Position numbers and translations under genes: made by a program. DNA of 64,000 nt. Origin: an uncultured Candidatus Rokubacteria bacterium (GTDB lineage Bacteria; Methylomirabilota; Methylomirabilia; Rokubacteriales; DASRDR01). Location of the stretch: assembly GCA_963826115.1 (NCBI GenBank), contig CAWGVS010000005.1, positions 1,696,001-1,760,000 of the forward strand, written 5' to 3'. The notes below the pieces were generated by a model, which did not search any database, was not told the origin of the DNA, and saw nothing but the letters and a program-made list of their open reading frames with translations. Shown here piece after piece: positions 47,761 to 56,515 of the stretch (position 1 is its first letter; every line of letters begins with the position of its first letter).

Positions 47761-48537
47761 TCAGCCAGCGGCACCGCCGAGCAGGGACAGCGTCTCGTCG
47801 TGGAGGCGCCCGTTCGAGGCCACCGCGGTGCCGGAGTAGATCGTGGGCCGGCCGGTGAAGTCGGTGAATCGGCCCCCCGCCTCCTCGAAGAGGACCTTGA
47901 AGGGCGCGATGTCCCAGGGCTTCACGTCGGCCTCCAGCATGACCTCGGCCTGACCGCGCAGGACGAAGGTGTAGCCGAAGTAGTCTCCGAAGCCGCGCTG
48001 GCGGTCCGTACGCTCGACGAGACGGACGAATCCGTCCCACCACCGGCCGCCGTCGAGCGGGCGCAGGAGATTCAGGCTCGAGTGCACCAGCATGGCGTCG
48101 CCGAGGTCGTCCACCGGCGACACGCGGAGCGGGACATCGTCCGCCCACGCGCCCTGCCCGCGCCGCGCCCAGAAGAGCTCGCCGGTCGCCGGGGAGTGCA
48201 CGATGCCGAGCGTGACCTCCCCGTCCTCCTCCAGGGCGAGGAGCGTCGCCCAGTAGGGAATCCCGCGGACGAAGTTCTTGGTGCCGTCGATCGGGTCGAT
48301 GATCCAGCGCCGCGACTGGTTTCCCTGGGCCCCGAACTCCTCGCCGAGGAACCCGACGTCCGGGAACTCGCGCCGGAGCCGCTCCACGATGGCGATCTCC
48401 GCCTCGTGGTCCGCCTGGGTGACCGGCGTCTGGTCCGCCTTCCGCATGACGCGGACGTCGCCGCGGAAGTATCGGAGGGCGATCCCGCCGGCGGTGCGCG
48501 CCGCGTCCAGCGCGGCCGCCAGCACGCGGTCGGTCAC
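47761..48537 (-). CDS. hisN: Histidinol-phosphatase, inositol monophosphatase family
   Basis: Motifs KADQTPVTQAD, GEEFG, WIIDPIDGTKNFVRG, RGFGD, KPWDIA, EEAGG. Confidence 0.8.
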   Translation of the reverse strand: MTDRVLAAALDAARTAGGIALRYFRGDVRVMRKADQTPVTQADHEAEIAIVERLRREFPDVGFLGEEFGAQGNQSRRWIIDPIDGTKNFVRGIPYWATLLALEEDGEVTLGIVHSPATGELFWARRGQGAWADDVPLRVSPVDDLGDAMLVHSSLNLLRPLDGGRWWDGFVRLVERTDRQRGFGDYFGYTFVLRGQAEVMLEADVKPWDIAPFKVLFEEAGGRFTDFTGRPTIYSGTAVASNGRLHDETLSLLGGAAG

Positions 48538-49731
48538 GACCGGGGAAGCCCGAGCACGCGCTCGCCGATGATGTTGCGCTGGATCTCGGACGTCCCGCCG
48601 GCGATCGCGAAACGGCGGGCGAAAACCGCCTGGAAAGCCCAGCGGCCGGCGTCCGGCGCCTGCGGCGCGTCCCGCCAGAGCTGACCCCGGAGCCCGAGGA
48701 TGCCGCTCGCCGTCTCCGCCATCCGCACGTAGGCATCGGTGAAGCCGAGCTTCAGCACCGAGCCCTCGGGACCGGGTGGCTCGCCGCGCAGCCGGCGCGT
48801 CACGGCGCGGAGACTCGTGTACCGGAGGGTCTCCGCGTCGATCCAGCACTGGGCGAGCGCCTGCCGGACGACCGGGTCCTTCGAGGCGGGCGCGGCGCCC
48901 CGCGTGGTCCGGCGGGCCAGGTCGAGGAGGCACCGGGTGAAGTGGTGGAGATTCGTCTGGTTGCCGAGACCCGTGCGCTCGTACATGAGGACCGTGATCG
49001 CGACCTTCCAGCCTCCGTGGAGCGGCCCGAGGAGCGCCTCGCGCGGCACCCGCACGTCGTCGAAGAAGACCTCGTTGAACTCCGCGTCGCCCGTGATCTG
49101 AACCAGGGGCCGGACGGAGACGCCGGGGCTCCGCATGTCGACCAGGAGGCACGAGATCCCCTCGTGCTTCGGCGCCCCGGGGTCCGTGCGAACGAGGAGG
49201 ATGCACCACTGGCTCCGGTGGGCGTTCGAGGTCCACACCTTCTGGCCGGAAACGCGGAAGACGTCGCCGTCCAGGACCGCCCGGGTACGGAGAGCCGCCA
49301 GGTCGGAGCCGGCGCCCGGCTCGGAGAAGCCCTGGCACCAGATGTCCTCCGCCGCGAGGATGGGAGGAAGGAACCGGCGCCGCTGCGCCTCGGTCCCCCA
49401 CTCCATGATCCCGGGGCCCGCGAGCATGAGGCCGATCGTGTTCACGCCCGGCGGCGCCCCCGCGCGCACCATCTCCTCCTGGAAGATCATCTGCTCGATC
49501 AGGCTCGCCCCGCGCCCACCGTACTCGCGCGGCCACGCGATGCCGACCCAGCCGCCCGCGTGGAGGCGCCGGTGCCATGCCGAGACACGAGTCGAAGGAG
49601 CGATCGGGGTGGAGGGTGAACTCGTCGTCGGTGGCGGGCCAGTCGGCACGGTGCGCGGGCAGCTCGCGCTCGAGCCACGCCCGAAGGTCCGCGCGGAACG
49701 CCTCCTCGGCAGGCGAGAACGCGAAGTCCAT
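48534..49731 (-). CDS. Acyl-CoA dehydrogenase (FadE-type) with a +1 frameshift near 49580
   Basis: N-terminus MDFAFSPAEEAFRADLRAWL lies in one frame. WHRRL..WPREYGG, WCQGFSEPGAGSDLA, GQKVWTS and IAGGTSEIQRNII lie in another. Confidence 0.85.
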
Positions 49732-49816
49732 GGTCAGGCCGTTTGGTAACACACGCGGCAGGGGCGGTCAAGGACGCGCGCCCCAATTGCGTCGCGGTTG
49801 CGGTACCCTGGCCCGG

Positions 49817-50419
49817 ATGGCGGAGTGTTGCGCGATCCACGCTGTCCCTGCCCGTCAGCGCCGTGTACTCCAGGCAGTCCTCTGGATCAACGCGGTCATG
49901 TTCGGCGCCGAGGCGGTGGGCGGGGTGATCGCGCGGTCAACGGCGCTGTTCGCCGATTCGCTGGACATGCTGGGTGACGCCGCGGTCTACGGTTTCAGTC
50001 TCTACGTGATCTCGCGTGGTCCGAGGTGGCAGGCGCGGGCGGCCCTCCTGAAGGGTTTCATCATGGCGGCGCTCGGCGCGGGCGTGTTCCTCCAGGCGGC
50101 GCTCAAGATAGCCTACGCGCTCACGCCGACCGTCGAGGTCATGGGGTGGCTCGGTCTGCTGGCGCTTCTCGCCAATCTCGTGTGCCTCGGGCTCCTCCGG
50201 AGCCGACGGCACGACGACCTCAACATGCGCTCGGCCTGGGTCTGCTCGCGTAACGACGTCGTGGGAAACGTCGCCGTCCTCATCGCCGCCGCGGGCGTTT
50301 CCGTCTCGGGTTCCGCGTGGCCCGACATCGTCGTCGGCCTGACCGTCGCGGGAATCGTCTCCTATTCGGCCGTCAAGGTCATCAGCGAAGCCAGGCGCGA
50401 GGCCGTCCAGGCAATCTGA
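49817..50419 (+). CDS. Cation diffusion facilitator (TM domain only; Co/Zn/Cd efflux family)
   Basis: Motifs STALFADSLDMLGD, DLNMRSAWVCSRND, WPDIVVG. N-terminal MAECC. Confidence 0.85.
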   Translation: MAECCAIHAVPARQRRVLQAVLWINAVMFGAEAVGGVIARSTALFADSLDMLGDAAVYGFSLYVISRGPRWQARAALLKGFIMAALGAGVFLQAALKIAYALTPTVEVMGWLGLLALLANLVCLGLLRSRRHDDLNMRSAWVCSRNDVVGNVAVLIAAAGVSVSGSAWPDIVVGLTVAGIVSYSAVKVISEARREAVQAI

Positions 50420-50518
50420 GCGCCGCCAGCCCGATCCGACGCGGCTTGCGCCGCCGCGCGTCCTGATCGAGAATCGGCGCGCAGTGGCCGAATCGTCACC
50501 CACAACCCGGAGGCCTCG

Positions 50519-50917
50519 ATGCCCAAGCAGCAATACTGCGCGAAGACCACCTTCGACTCGCCGTCCTACAGCCAGGGCGTCAAGGTCAGCGGGCCCGGCA
50601 CGACGCTCTACATCTCCGGCCAGATCTCGCAGGACGCCAAGGGCCACGTCGTGGGCCGGGGCGACTTCCCGGCGCAGGCCCGCCAGACGCTCAAGAACCT
50701 GAAGGCGATGGTCGAGGCCGGCGGCGGCAAGCTGACGGACGTCGTCAAGCTGACCTTCTTCCTCACCGACGTCCGCTACCGGCAGGACCTGGTGCCGATC
50801 CGCGAGGAGTTCTTCGGCCCGAAGCTCCCGGCGTCGACCCTGATCACGACCCCCGCGCTCGCGCACCCCGACTACCTCATCGAGATCGAGGCCATCGCCT
50901 TCGTGGAGGGCCGCTGA
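50519..50917 (+). CDS. RidA/YjgF-family protein (lacks the catalytic Arg)
   Basis: Motifs YSQGV, LYISGQ, PASTL (instead of PAR), IEIEAIA. Confidence 0.88.
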   Translation: MPKQQYCAKTTFDSPSYSQGVKVSGPGTTLYISGQISQDAKGHVVGRGDFPAQARQTLKNLKAMVEAGGGKLTDVVKLTFFLTDVRYRQDLVPIREEFFGPKLPASTLITTPALAHPDYLIEIEAIAFVEGR

Positions 50918-51684
50918 TGCGGCTCGAGGGCAAGGTCGCGGTCGTCACGGGCGCGGCCCGGGGCATCGGGCTCGCGATCGCCCAGCGGTTCGTCCGCGAG
51001 GGCGCGCGGGTCGCGCTGGCCGACCGGCTCGCCGCCGAGGTCGAGACCGAGGCCGCGAGGCTCGGGGCGTCGGCGCTCGCCGTCCCGACCGACGTCGGCG
51101 ACTCGGGAGAGGTCCACCGCCTGGTCGCGCGGACCGTGGAGCGGTTCGGCCGGCTCGACTGCATGGTGGCGAACGCCGCGGTCCAGGCCGAGATCCCCTT
51201 CCTCGACCTCACCGAGGAGGAGTTCGACCGCGTGATCCGGGTGAACCTGAAGGGCACGTTCCTCTGCGGCCAGGCCGCGGCGCGCCACATGGTCCAGACG
51301 GGCACCCGGGGCACGATCATCAACATGAGCTCCGTCAACGCCGTCGTTGCCCACCCGGTGCTGGTCCACTACGCGGCGTCGAAGGGCGGCATCTCCATGC
51401 TCACCAAGGGCATGGCCGTCTCGCTCGCGCCGCACGGCATCCGCGTCAACGGCATCGGCCCCGGCACCACCAACACGCCGATCAACGCCAACTTCTTCAG
51501 CATGCCGGGCATGATCGACCGGTTCCTCATGCGAACCCCGCTGGGACGCATCGCCGAGGCGGACGAGATCGCCAGCGTCGCCCTGTTCCTGGCCTCCGAC
51601 GAGGCGTCCTACGTGACGGGCACCACGATCTACGCCGACGGCGGACGGCTCGCGCTCAACGGCCTGATGGCCCGGCCGCAGTAG
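50917..51684 (+). CDS. SDR oxidoreductase
   Basis: TGAARGIG and S...YAASK. Confidence 0.92.
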   Translation: MRLEGKVAVVTGAARGIGLAIAQRFVREGARVALADRLAAEVETEAARLGASALAVPTDVGDSGEVHRLVARTVERFGRLDCMVANAAVQAEIPFLDLTEEEFDRVIRVNLKGTFLCGQAAARHMVQTGTRGTIINMSSVNAVVAHPVLVHYAASKGGISMLTKGMAVSLAPHGIRVNGIGPGTTNTPINANFFSMPGMIDRFLMRTPLGRIAEADEIASVALFLASDEASYVTGTTIYADGGRLALNGLMARPQ

Positions 51685-51690
51685 AGACCC

Positions 51691-52473
51691 GTGGCCGTCC
51701 TCGATCGCTTCCGCCTCGACGGCAAGCGCGCCTTCGTGACGGGGGGCAGCCGGGGGCTGGGCCGCGAGATCGCGCTCGCGCTGGCCGAGGCCGGAGCGGA
51801 CGTCATCCTCGTCGGCCGCGACCGCCCCGCCCTCGACGCGGCCGCCGCCGACGTCACGCGACGCGGGCGGGTGGCGGTCGTCATCCAGGCGGACCTGAGC
51901 CAGCCGCTCGAGGCGGAGCGAGCGTGCCGCACCGCCCTCGAGCGCCACGGCCCCGTTCACATCCTGGTCAACAACGTCGGGGGCCGGCTCACCGACGCGC
52001 CGACCGAGGCGCTCGATCTCGAGCAGTGGCAGGAGGTCCTCGACCTCAACCTCACCAGCACGTTCATTTGCACGAAGCTGATCGGGGGCGCCATGGTCCG
52101 CCGCGGCCAGGGCGGCCGGGTCGTCAACGTGGCGTCGGTGTCCGGGCTCGTCGCGAGCCGCGGCGCCGGGGGGCGGGGCTACGAGACCAGCAAGGCGGCG
52201 GTGATCCACTTCACGCGCGCGGTGGCAACGGACTGGGCGCCCCACCGCGTCACGGTGAACGCCATCGCGCCGGGCATCTTCCTGACGGAGCCGAACGCCC
52301 GCCGGAGCCGGCTCGATCCGGCCGCCGCGGACGCGTCTCGCGGGCAGATCCCCATGGGAGAGTTCGGCCGCGCGGAGGACCTGGGTCCCCTCGTCGTCTA
52401 CCTGGCGAGCGACGCCTCGCGCTACATGACCGGCGCGGTCCTCGTCATCGACGGCGGCTACACCGCCTGGTAA
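51691..52473 (+). CDS. SDR oxidoreductase
   Basis: TGGSRGLG, YETSK, DGGYTAW. Confidence 0.92.
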   Translation: MAVLDRFRLDGKRAFVTGGSRGLGREIALALAEAGADVILVGRDRPALDAAAADVTRRGRVAVVIQADLSQPLEAERACRTALERHGPVHILVNNVGGRLTDAPTEALDLEQWQEVLDLNLTSTFICTKLIGGAMVRRGQGGRVVNVASVSGLVASRGAGGRGYETSKAAVIHFTRAVATDWAPHRVTVNAIAPGIFLTEPNARRSRLDPAAADASRGQIPMGEFGRAEDLGPLVVYLASDASRYMTGAVLVIDGGYTAW

Positions 52474-52500
52474 GCGGGCGGAGCCGGCGGCGGCCCGGGC

Positions 52501-53754
52501 TCAGCCCGGTGGCGGGTACGGCGCGCCCTTCCGGCGCGCCGCCTCCGCGACGGCCCGGTGCAGTCCGTCGAGGACGGGCCGCACCGGCTCGCCGCCCTGC
52601 AGGATCCGCCGGACACCCTCGTTCATCGCGTCGCTCACCTCGGGCCAGTACGCGACCCCGGGGCGGTGCCAGCCGTCCTCGAGCGCCCGGCGAACCGCGT
52701 CGAACGTCTCCCGCTGGATCGTCGGTACCTGGCCGTAGGCGTCCGCCCGGATCGCGGGCCACGCGTTCCCCGTAACCAGGCGCTCCTGCGCCTCCCTCGA
52801 CATCAGGAACGCCGCCAGCCGGACGGCCTGCTCACGTCGGCGCCCGACCACGCCGCGCGGGATGCCGAGGACGTCGCCGCCGACGACGTGGGCGGGGCGG
52901 GCGGGACCGCGCCAGCCGGCGTAGACCTCGAACCGGTCGAGCAGACCCTGGTGCGCCAGCACGCCGGATGTGAACGGCCAGTTCTGGGCGAGCCACGCGG
53001 TCTCCCCGACCAGGTGATCGACCTGCGTGTCGTACTTGGCGACGAGGCTCTCCCGGGCCAGGAGGCCGTCTCGCCAGAGTCCGGCCAGGAACTCGAACGC
53101 GCTCACCGACCCCGCGTCGTTGAGCACGAGAGGGTTCCCTCCGAAACCCAGGATGAGCTCGGCCACCGTGATGGCGGTTGGCGCGCCCTCGGCCAAGGCC
53201 AGCGTGACCTTCGGAGCGCCCCGCCGCGCCTTGAACGCTTCCGCCACCGCGCGGAGCTCCGCGGCCGTCCGCGGCAGCGCGGCGCCCGCCTCGCGGAGGC
53301 GCGCCCGGTTCACGTAGGTCACGAGCACGTTCGGGCGAAACGGGAGGAAGTAGCGCACCCCGTCGAAGGTCGGGGGCCGCATCGCCGGCAGGACCGCGTC
53401 CGGGACCCTCACGTCGTCCACGGGCTGGACGAGGCTCCCGTCGACCAGGGGCCGTAGCGCGAGGTTGTCCTGGGCAAAGAGGTCGATGGTCGGGCGCCCC
53501 GCGCCCACCTCCACCTTGAGCTTCTCGGGCAGATCGGCTGCCGTGACGGCCACGAGCGTGACGGACACGCCGGTCTCCGCCCGGAAGCGATCGAGGACCT
53601 CGCGGACGACCGGCTTCTCGTCCTCGGCGAGCGACGCGCTGAACGTCAGGGCCGCGCGCTCCATCTCGTCCGAGCGTCCGCAGGCGGTCGCGAGCCAGAC
53701 GGCCAGGGAGGCGCCGATCAGGCGACCAACGCGCCATCTCGGGCCGGGCGTCAT
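52501..53754 (-). CDS. Sugar ABC substrate-binding lipoprotein (trehalose/maltose-type, inferred from context)
   Basis: Lipobox-like LATAC, AQNWPF, VVGGDVLGIP, FLMSREAQ. Confidence 0.85.
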   Translation of the reverse strand: MTPGPRWRVGRLIGASLAVWLATACGRSDEMERAALTFSASLAEDEKPVVREVLDRFRAETGVSVTLVAVTAADLPEKLKVEVGAGRPTIDLFAQDNLALRPLVDGSLVQPVDDVRVPDAVLPAMRPPTFDGVRYFLPFRPNVLVTYVNRARLREAGAALPRTAAELRAVAEAFKARRGAPKVTLALAEGAPTAITVAELILGFGGNPLVLNDAGSVSAFEFLAGLWRDGLLARESLVAKYDTQVDHLVGETAWLAQNWPFTSGVLAHQGLLDRFEVYAGWRGPARPAHVVGGDVLGIPRGVVGRRREQAVRLAAFLMSREAQERLVTGNAWPAIRADAYGQVPTIQRETFDAVRRALEDGWHRPGVAYWPEVSDAMNEGVRRILQGGEPVRPVLDGLHRAVAEAARRKGAPYPPPG

Positions 53755-53764
53755 CGGGGTGGCC

Positions 53765-54616
53765 TCATCCCCGGACGGCGCCGGCCAGCGTCCCGGGCCG
53801 GAGGCGGCGCTGGAGGACAGCGACGACCGCCAGGATCGGCAATACCAGCACGATGGCGACGGCGGCCATCTGCTGGCGGGTCCCCCGGTCGATCGACTGG
53901 AAGACCTGCAGCGGGAGGGTGTTCTGGGACGTGGTCAGCAGGCGCGCGTAGAGGAACTCGTTCCACGAGTAGAGCCACGCGAACAGGGCCGCGACCGCGA
54001 GCCCGGGCGCCGCCATCGGCAGCACGACGCGCCGGAGCGTGGTGAGGCGCGAGGCGCCGTCGAGGGCCGCCGCCGCCTCGACGTCTCGCGGCACCCCCTC
54101 GAAGGCGCCCACGAGAAGCCACGCGATGAACGGCAGGACGCCCGTCACGTGGGCGAGCGCGAGGCCCGCGTACGTGTCGGTGAGCCCGAGCGCAGCGAAT
54201 CGCGTCGCGACCGACACGCCGATGGCGAACTCCGGGAACATCCGGGTCACCAGCAACCCCACCAGGATCGCGTACCGCGGGCGCGGCGCGAGGCGCGCGA
54301 CCACGTACGCTCCCGGCGCGGCCAGGATCAAGGTGCCTGCCGTCGTCATCGCCGCCACCGTGACGCTCTTGACGAGCGGCGCCCAGAGGTCGCCGCTCTC
54401 CACGACGGTGCGCCAGAACCGGAAGGTCGGCGCGGTCACGATCAAGGCCGGGCGCTCGCCGAAGAGCGCGCTCCCGGGCGCCACCGAGACCATGAGCAGG
54501 ATCAGGATCGGCGACAGGGCGAGGCCGGTGCACGCCGCGACCCACGCCGCGAACAGGACCTGCCCGACCGGGCCGGGCCGGGCGAGCGGCGGACGTCCGT
54601 CCGCGCCGGCCGTCAC
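53765..54616 (-). CDS. Carbohydrate ABC permease (MalG-type)
   Basis: EAA loop VPRDVEAAAALDGA and SWNEF. Confidence 0.9.
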   Translation of the reverse strand: MTAGADGRPPLARPGPVGQVLFAAWVAACTGLALSPILILLMVSVAPGSALFGERPALIVTAPTFRFWRTVVESGDLWAPLVKSVTVAAMTTAGTLILAAPGAYVVARLAPRPRYAILVGLLVTRMFPEFAIGVSVATRFAALGLTDTYAGLALAHVTGVLPFIAWLLVGAFEGVPRDVEAAAALDGASRLTTLRRVVLPMAAPGLAVAALFAWLYSWNEFLYARLLTTSQNTLPLQVFQSIDRGTRQQMAAVAIVLVLPILAVVAVLQRRLRPGTLAGAVRG

Positions 54617-55509
54617 GCCGGGTTCTCTCCGTGGCGCGCGATCAGGGCCAGGTAGACGACAACGAACCCGAGGATCAGGAGGAAGAGGACGACCGCCGCG
54701 GCCGCCGCGGTCGGGGGATCGCTCGTCGGCGGCGCGTAGCGGCTCCAGATGAACGTGCCGAGCACCGGCTCGACCCGACCCGCCAGGACGAGGGCCGTCT
54801 CGAAGATGCGGAACGCGTCGATGGCCCGGAGGATCACGGCCATGGTGACGTAGGGCAAGAGGAGCGGCAGCACCACGTGGCGGAACCGGAGCCATCCCGT
54901 CGCCCCATCGGCGTGCGCGGCCTCCTCGACCTCGACCGGGATCGACTGGAGGCCCGCGAGCAGGATGAGGGTCACCACCGGCAGGACCTTCCACGTATCC
55001 GCGACGGCCACCGTGAACAGCGTGGGCCACCCGCCGGCCACCGTCCAGCCGAACGGCTCGTAGGACCACCGGATCCCCCCCGCGCCGAGCGCGTCCGCCA
55101 GGTTCAGGAGCAGCGCGTTGAGATATCCGGACCGCGAGAAGACGAGGAGCATCACGGCCGCCGACACGACCGTCGGCACCCCCAGCGGCATCAGCACGAG
55201 GGTCCTCACGAGCCCGCGAAGCGGGAAGCGGCGGTGGAGCGTCAGGGCGAGGCACAGACCGCCCCCGATCTCCAGCGCGAGCGACAGCAGGACCACGACC
55301 ACGGTGTTCCGGAACGCGGCCCGGAAGACGTCCGAAGCCAACAGCGCGCGATAGCGTCCGAGCGACGGGAACCCGCCGTCGACAGGCGCGCTCAGCGAGA
55401 GCCGCACCGTCTCGACGATGGGCGCCGCCGTGAGGATCAGGAGGTAGGCGGCCAGCGGCAGTGCGAGCGTCACCTCCAGCCCGTGCGCGCGAAGCCAGGC
55501 CACGCTCAT
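54613..55509 (-). CDS. Carbohydrate ABC permease (MalF-type)
   Basis: WKVLP, LAGLQSIP..EEAAHADGA, AFRIFE. Confidence 0.9.
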   Translation of the reverse strand: MSVAWLRAHGLEVTLALPLAAYLLILTAAPIVETVRLSLSAPVDGGFPSLGRYRALLASDVFRAAFRNTVVVVLLSLALEIGGGLCLALTLHRRFPLRGLVRTLVLMPLGVPTVVSAAVMLLVFSRSGYLNALLLNLADALGAGGIRWSYEPFGWTVAGGWPTLFTVAVADTWKVLPVVTLILLAGLQSIPVEVEEAAHADGATGWLRFRHVVLPLLLPYVTMAVILRAIDAFRIFETALVLAGRVEPVLGTFIWSRYAPPTSDPPTAAAAAVVLFLLILGFVVVYLALIARHGENPA

Positions 55510-55650
55510 GGCTCGGGTCGGCCCCGGGCGCGAGACGGACGCCCGATCGCTCACACCACCATTGTCGCCCGGAAGCCGCCGAGCACGCGGTGCGACTCTC
55601 GGGCGGCTGCGCGTGCCGCGCGACGATGGTGCTACACTTTTCGTATCGGC

Positions 55651-56427
55651 ATGCCTTCATCGCACTCGGTCGAGGCCTTGGCGGCCCGGCTCGAAGCGGC
55701 CGCCTTCCTCGCCCTCCTGCTCGATTACGACGGCACACTGGTGCCGTTCGCTCCGACGCCGGAGCTGGCCGTGCCCGACGACGAGCTCATCCATCTCCTG
55801 CGCGATCTCGCGGCCCGCCCGGACACGGAGACCCACATCGTCAGCGGGCGACCTGCCGAGACGCTCCAGCAGTGGCTCGGCGCCCTGTCGATCGGCCTCC
55901 ACGCCGAGCACGGCTTCTCGTCGCGCGCACCCGGCGCGACCGCGTGGGTCCACGGGGCCCTGCCCCCGCAGGACTGGCGCCCCCCGGCCCTCGCGCTGAT
56001 GCGGGCGTACACGGCGCGCACGCCGGGATCGCTGGTCGAGGAGAAGCGCGCGGGGATCGTCTGGCACTACCGGCTCGCGGACACCGAGCTCGGGCGGATG
56101 CAGGCCGCCGCCCTCGAGCGCGAGCTGGCCGCGCTCCTCGACGGCGCTCCGGCCAAGATCGTGCCCGGCGCGATGATCGTCGAGGTCGTGGCAGGCGGCG
56201 TTCACAAGGGCCGACTGGTCCCGTCGCTCGTCGCGCGCGCGCCGGCGGGATCGCTGATCGTCGCCGTGGGCGACGACCGGACGGACGAGGACCTGTTCGC
56301 CGCGCTGCCCGAGGGAGCCCTCTCGGTGCACGTCGGCCCCGAGCCGTCCCGGGCGCCCGTGCGCCTCGCCGGCGTGGCCGACGTCCGGGCCCTCCTCCGG
56401 GGCCTGATCGGGCCGCGGCCCCGCTGA
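55651..56427 (+). CDS. otsB: Trehalose-6-phosphate phosphatase
   Basis: HAD motifs LLDYDGTL, IVSGR, AEHG, VEEK..WHYR, HKG, GDDRTDED. Confidence 0.9.
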   Translation: MPSSHSVEALAARLEAAAFLALLLDYDGTLVPFAPTPELAVPDDELIHLLRDLAARPDTETHIVSGRPAETLQQWLGALSIGLHAEHGFSSRAPGATAWVHGALPPQDWRPPALALMRAYTARTPGSLVEEKRAGIVWHYRLADTELGRMQAAALERELAALLDGAPAKIVPGAMIVEVVAGGVHKGRLVPSLVARAPAGSLIVAVGDDRTDEDLFAALPEGALSVHVGPEPSRAPVRLAGVADVRALLRGLIGPRPR

Positions 56428-56515
56428 CCGGGGACGCGCTATCCTGGAAGGGTCGCGGCGTGGAGCGTGGGCCCGGCCCGTCTCCCCGCGCCGAGACGGA
56501 AGGAACGAGGCGCCA

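Noticed and set aside
47761-49752. Apparent 663-aa acyl-CoA dehydrogenase-HisN fusion
   Set aside because: Artefact of the frameshift near 49580. The middle of the ORF is off-frame nonsense, and hisN has its own GTG overlapping the dehydrogenase stop.
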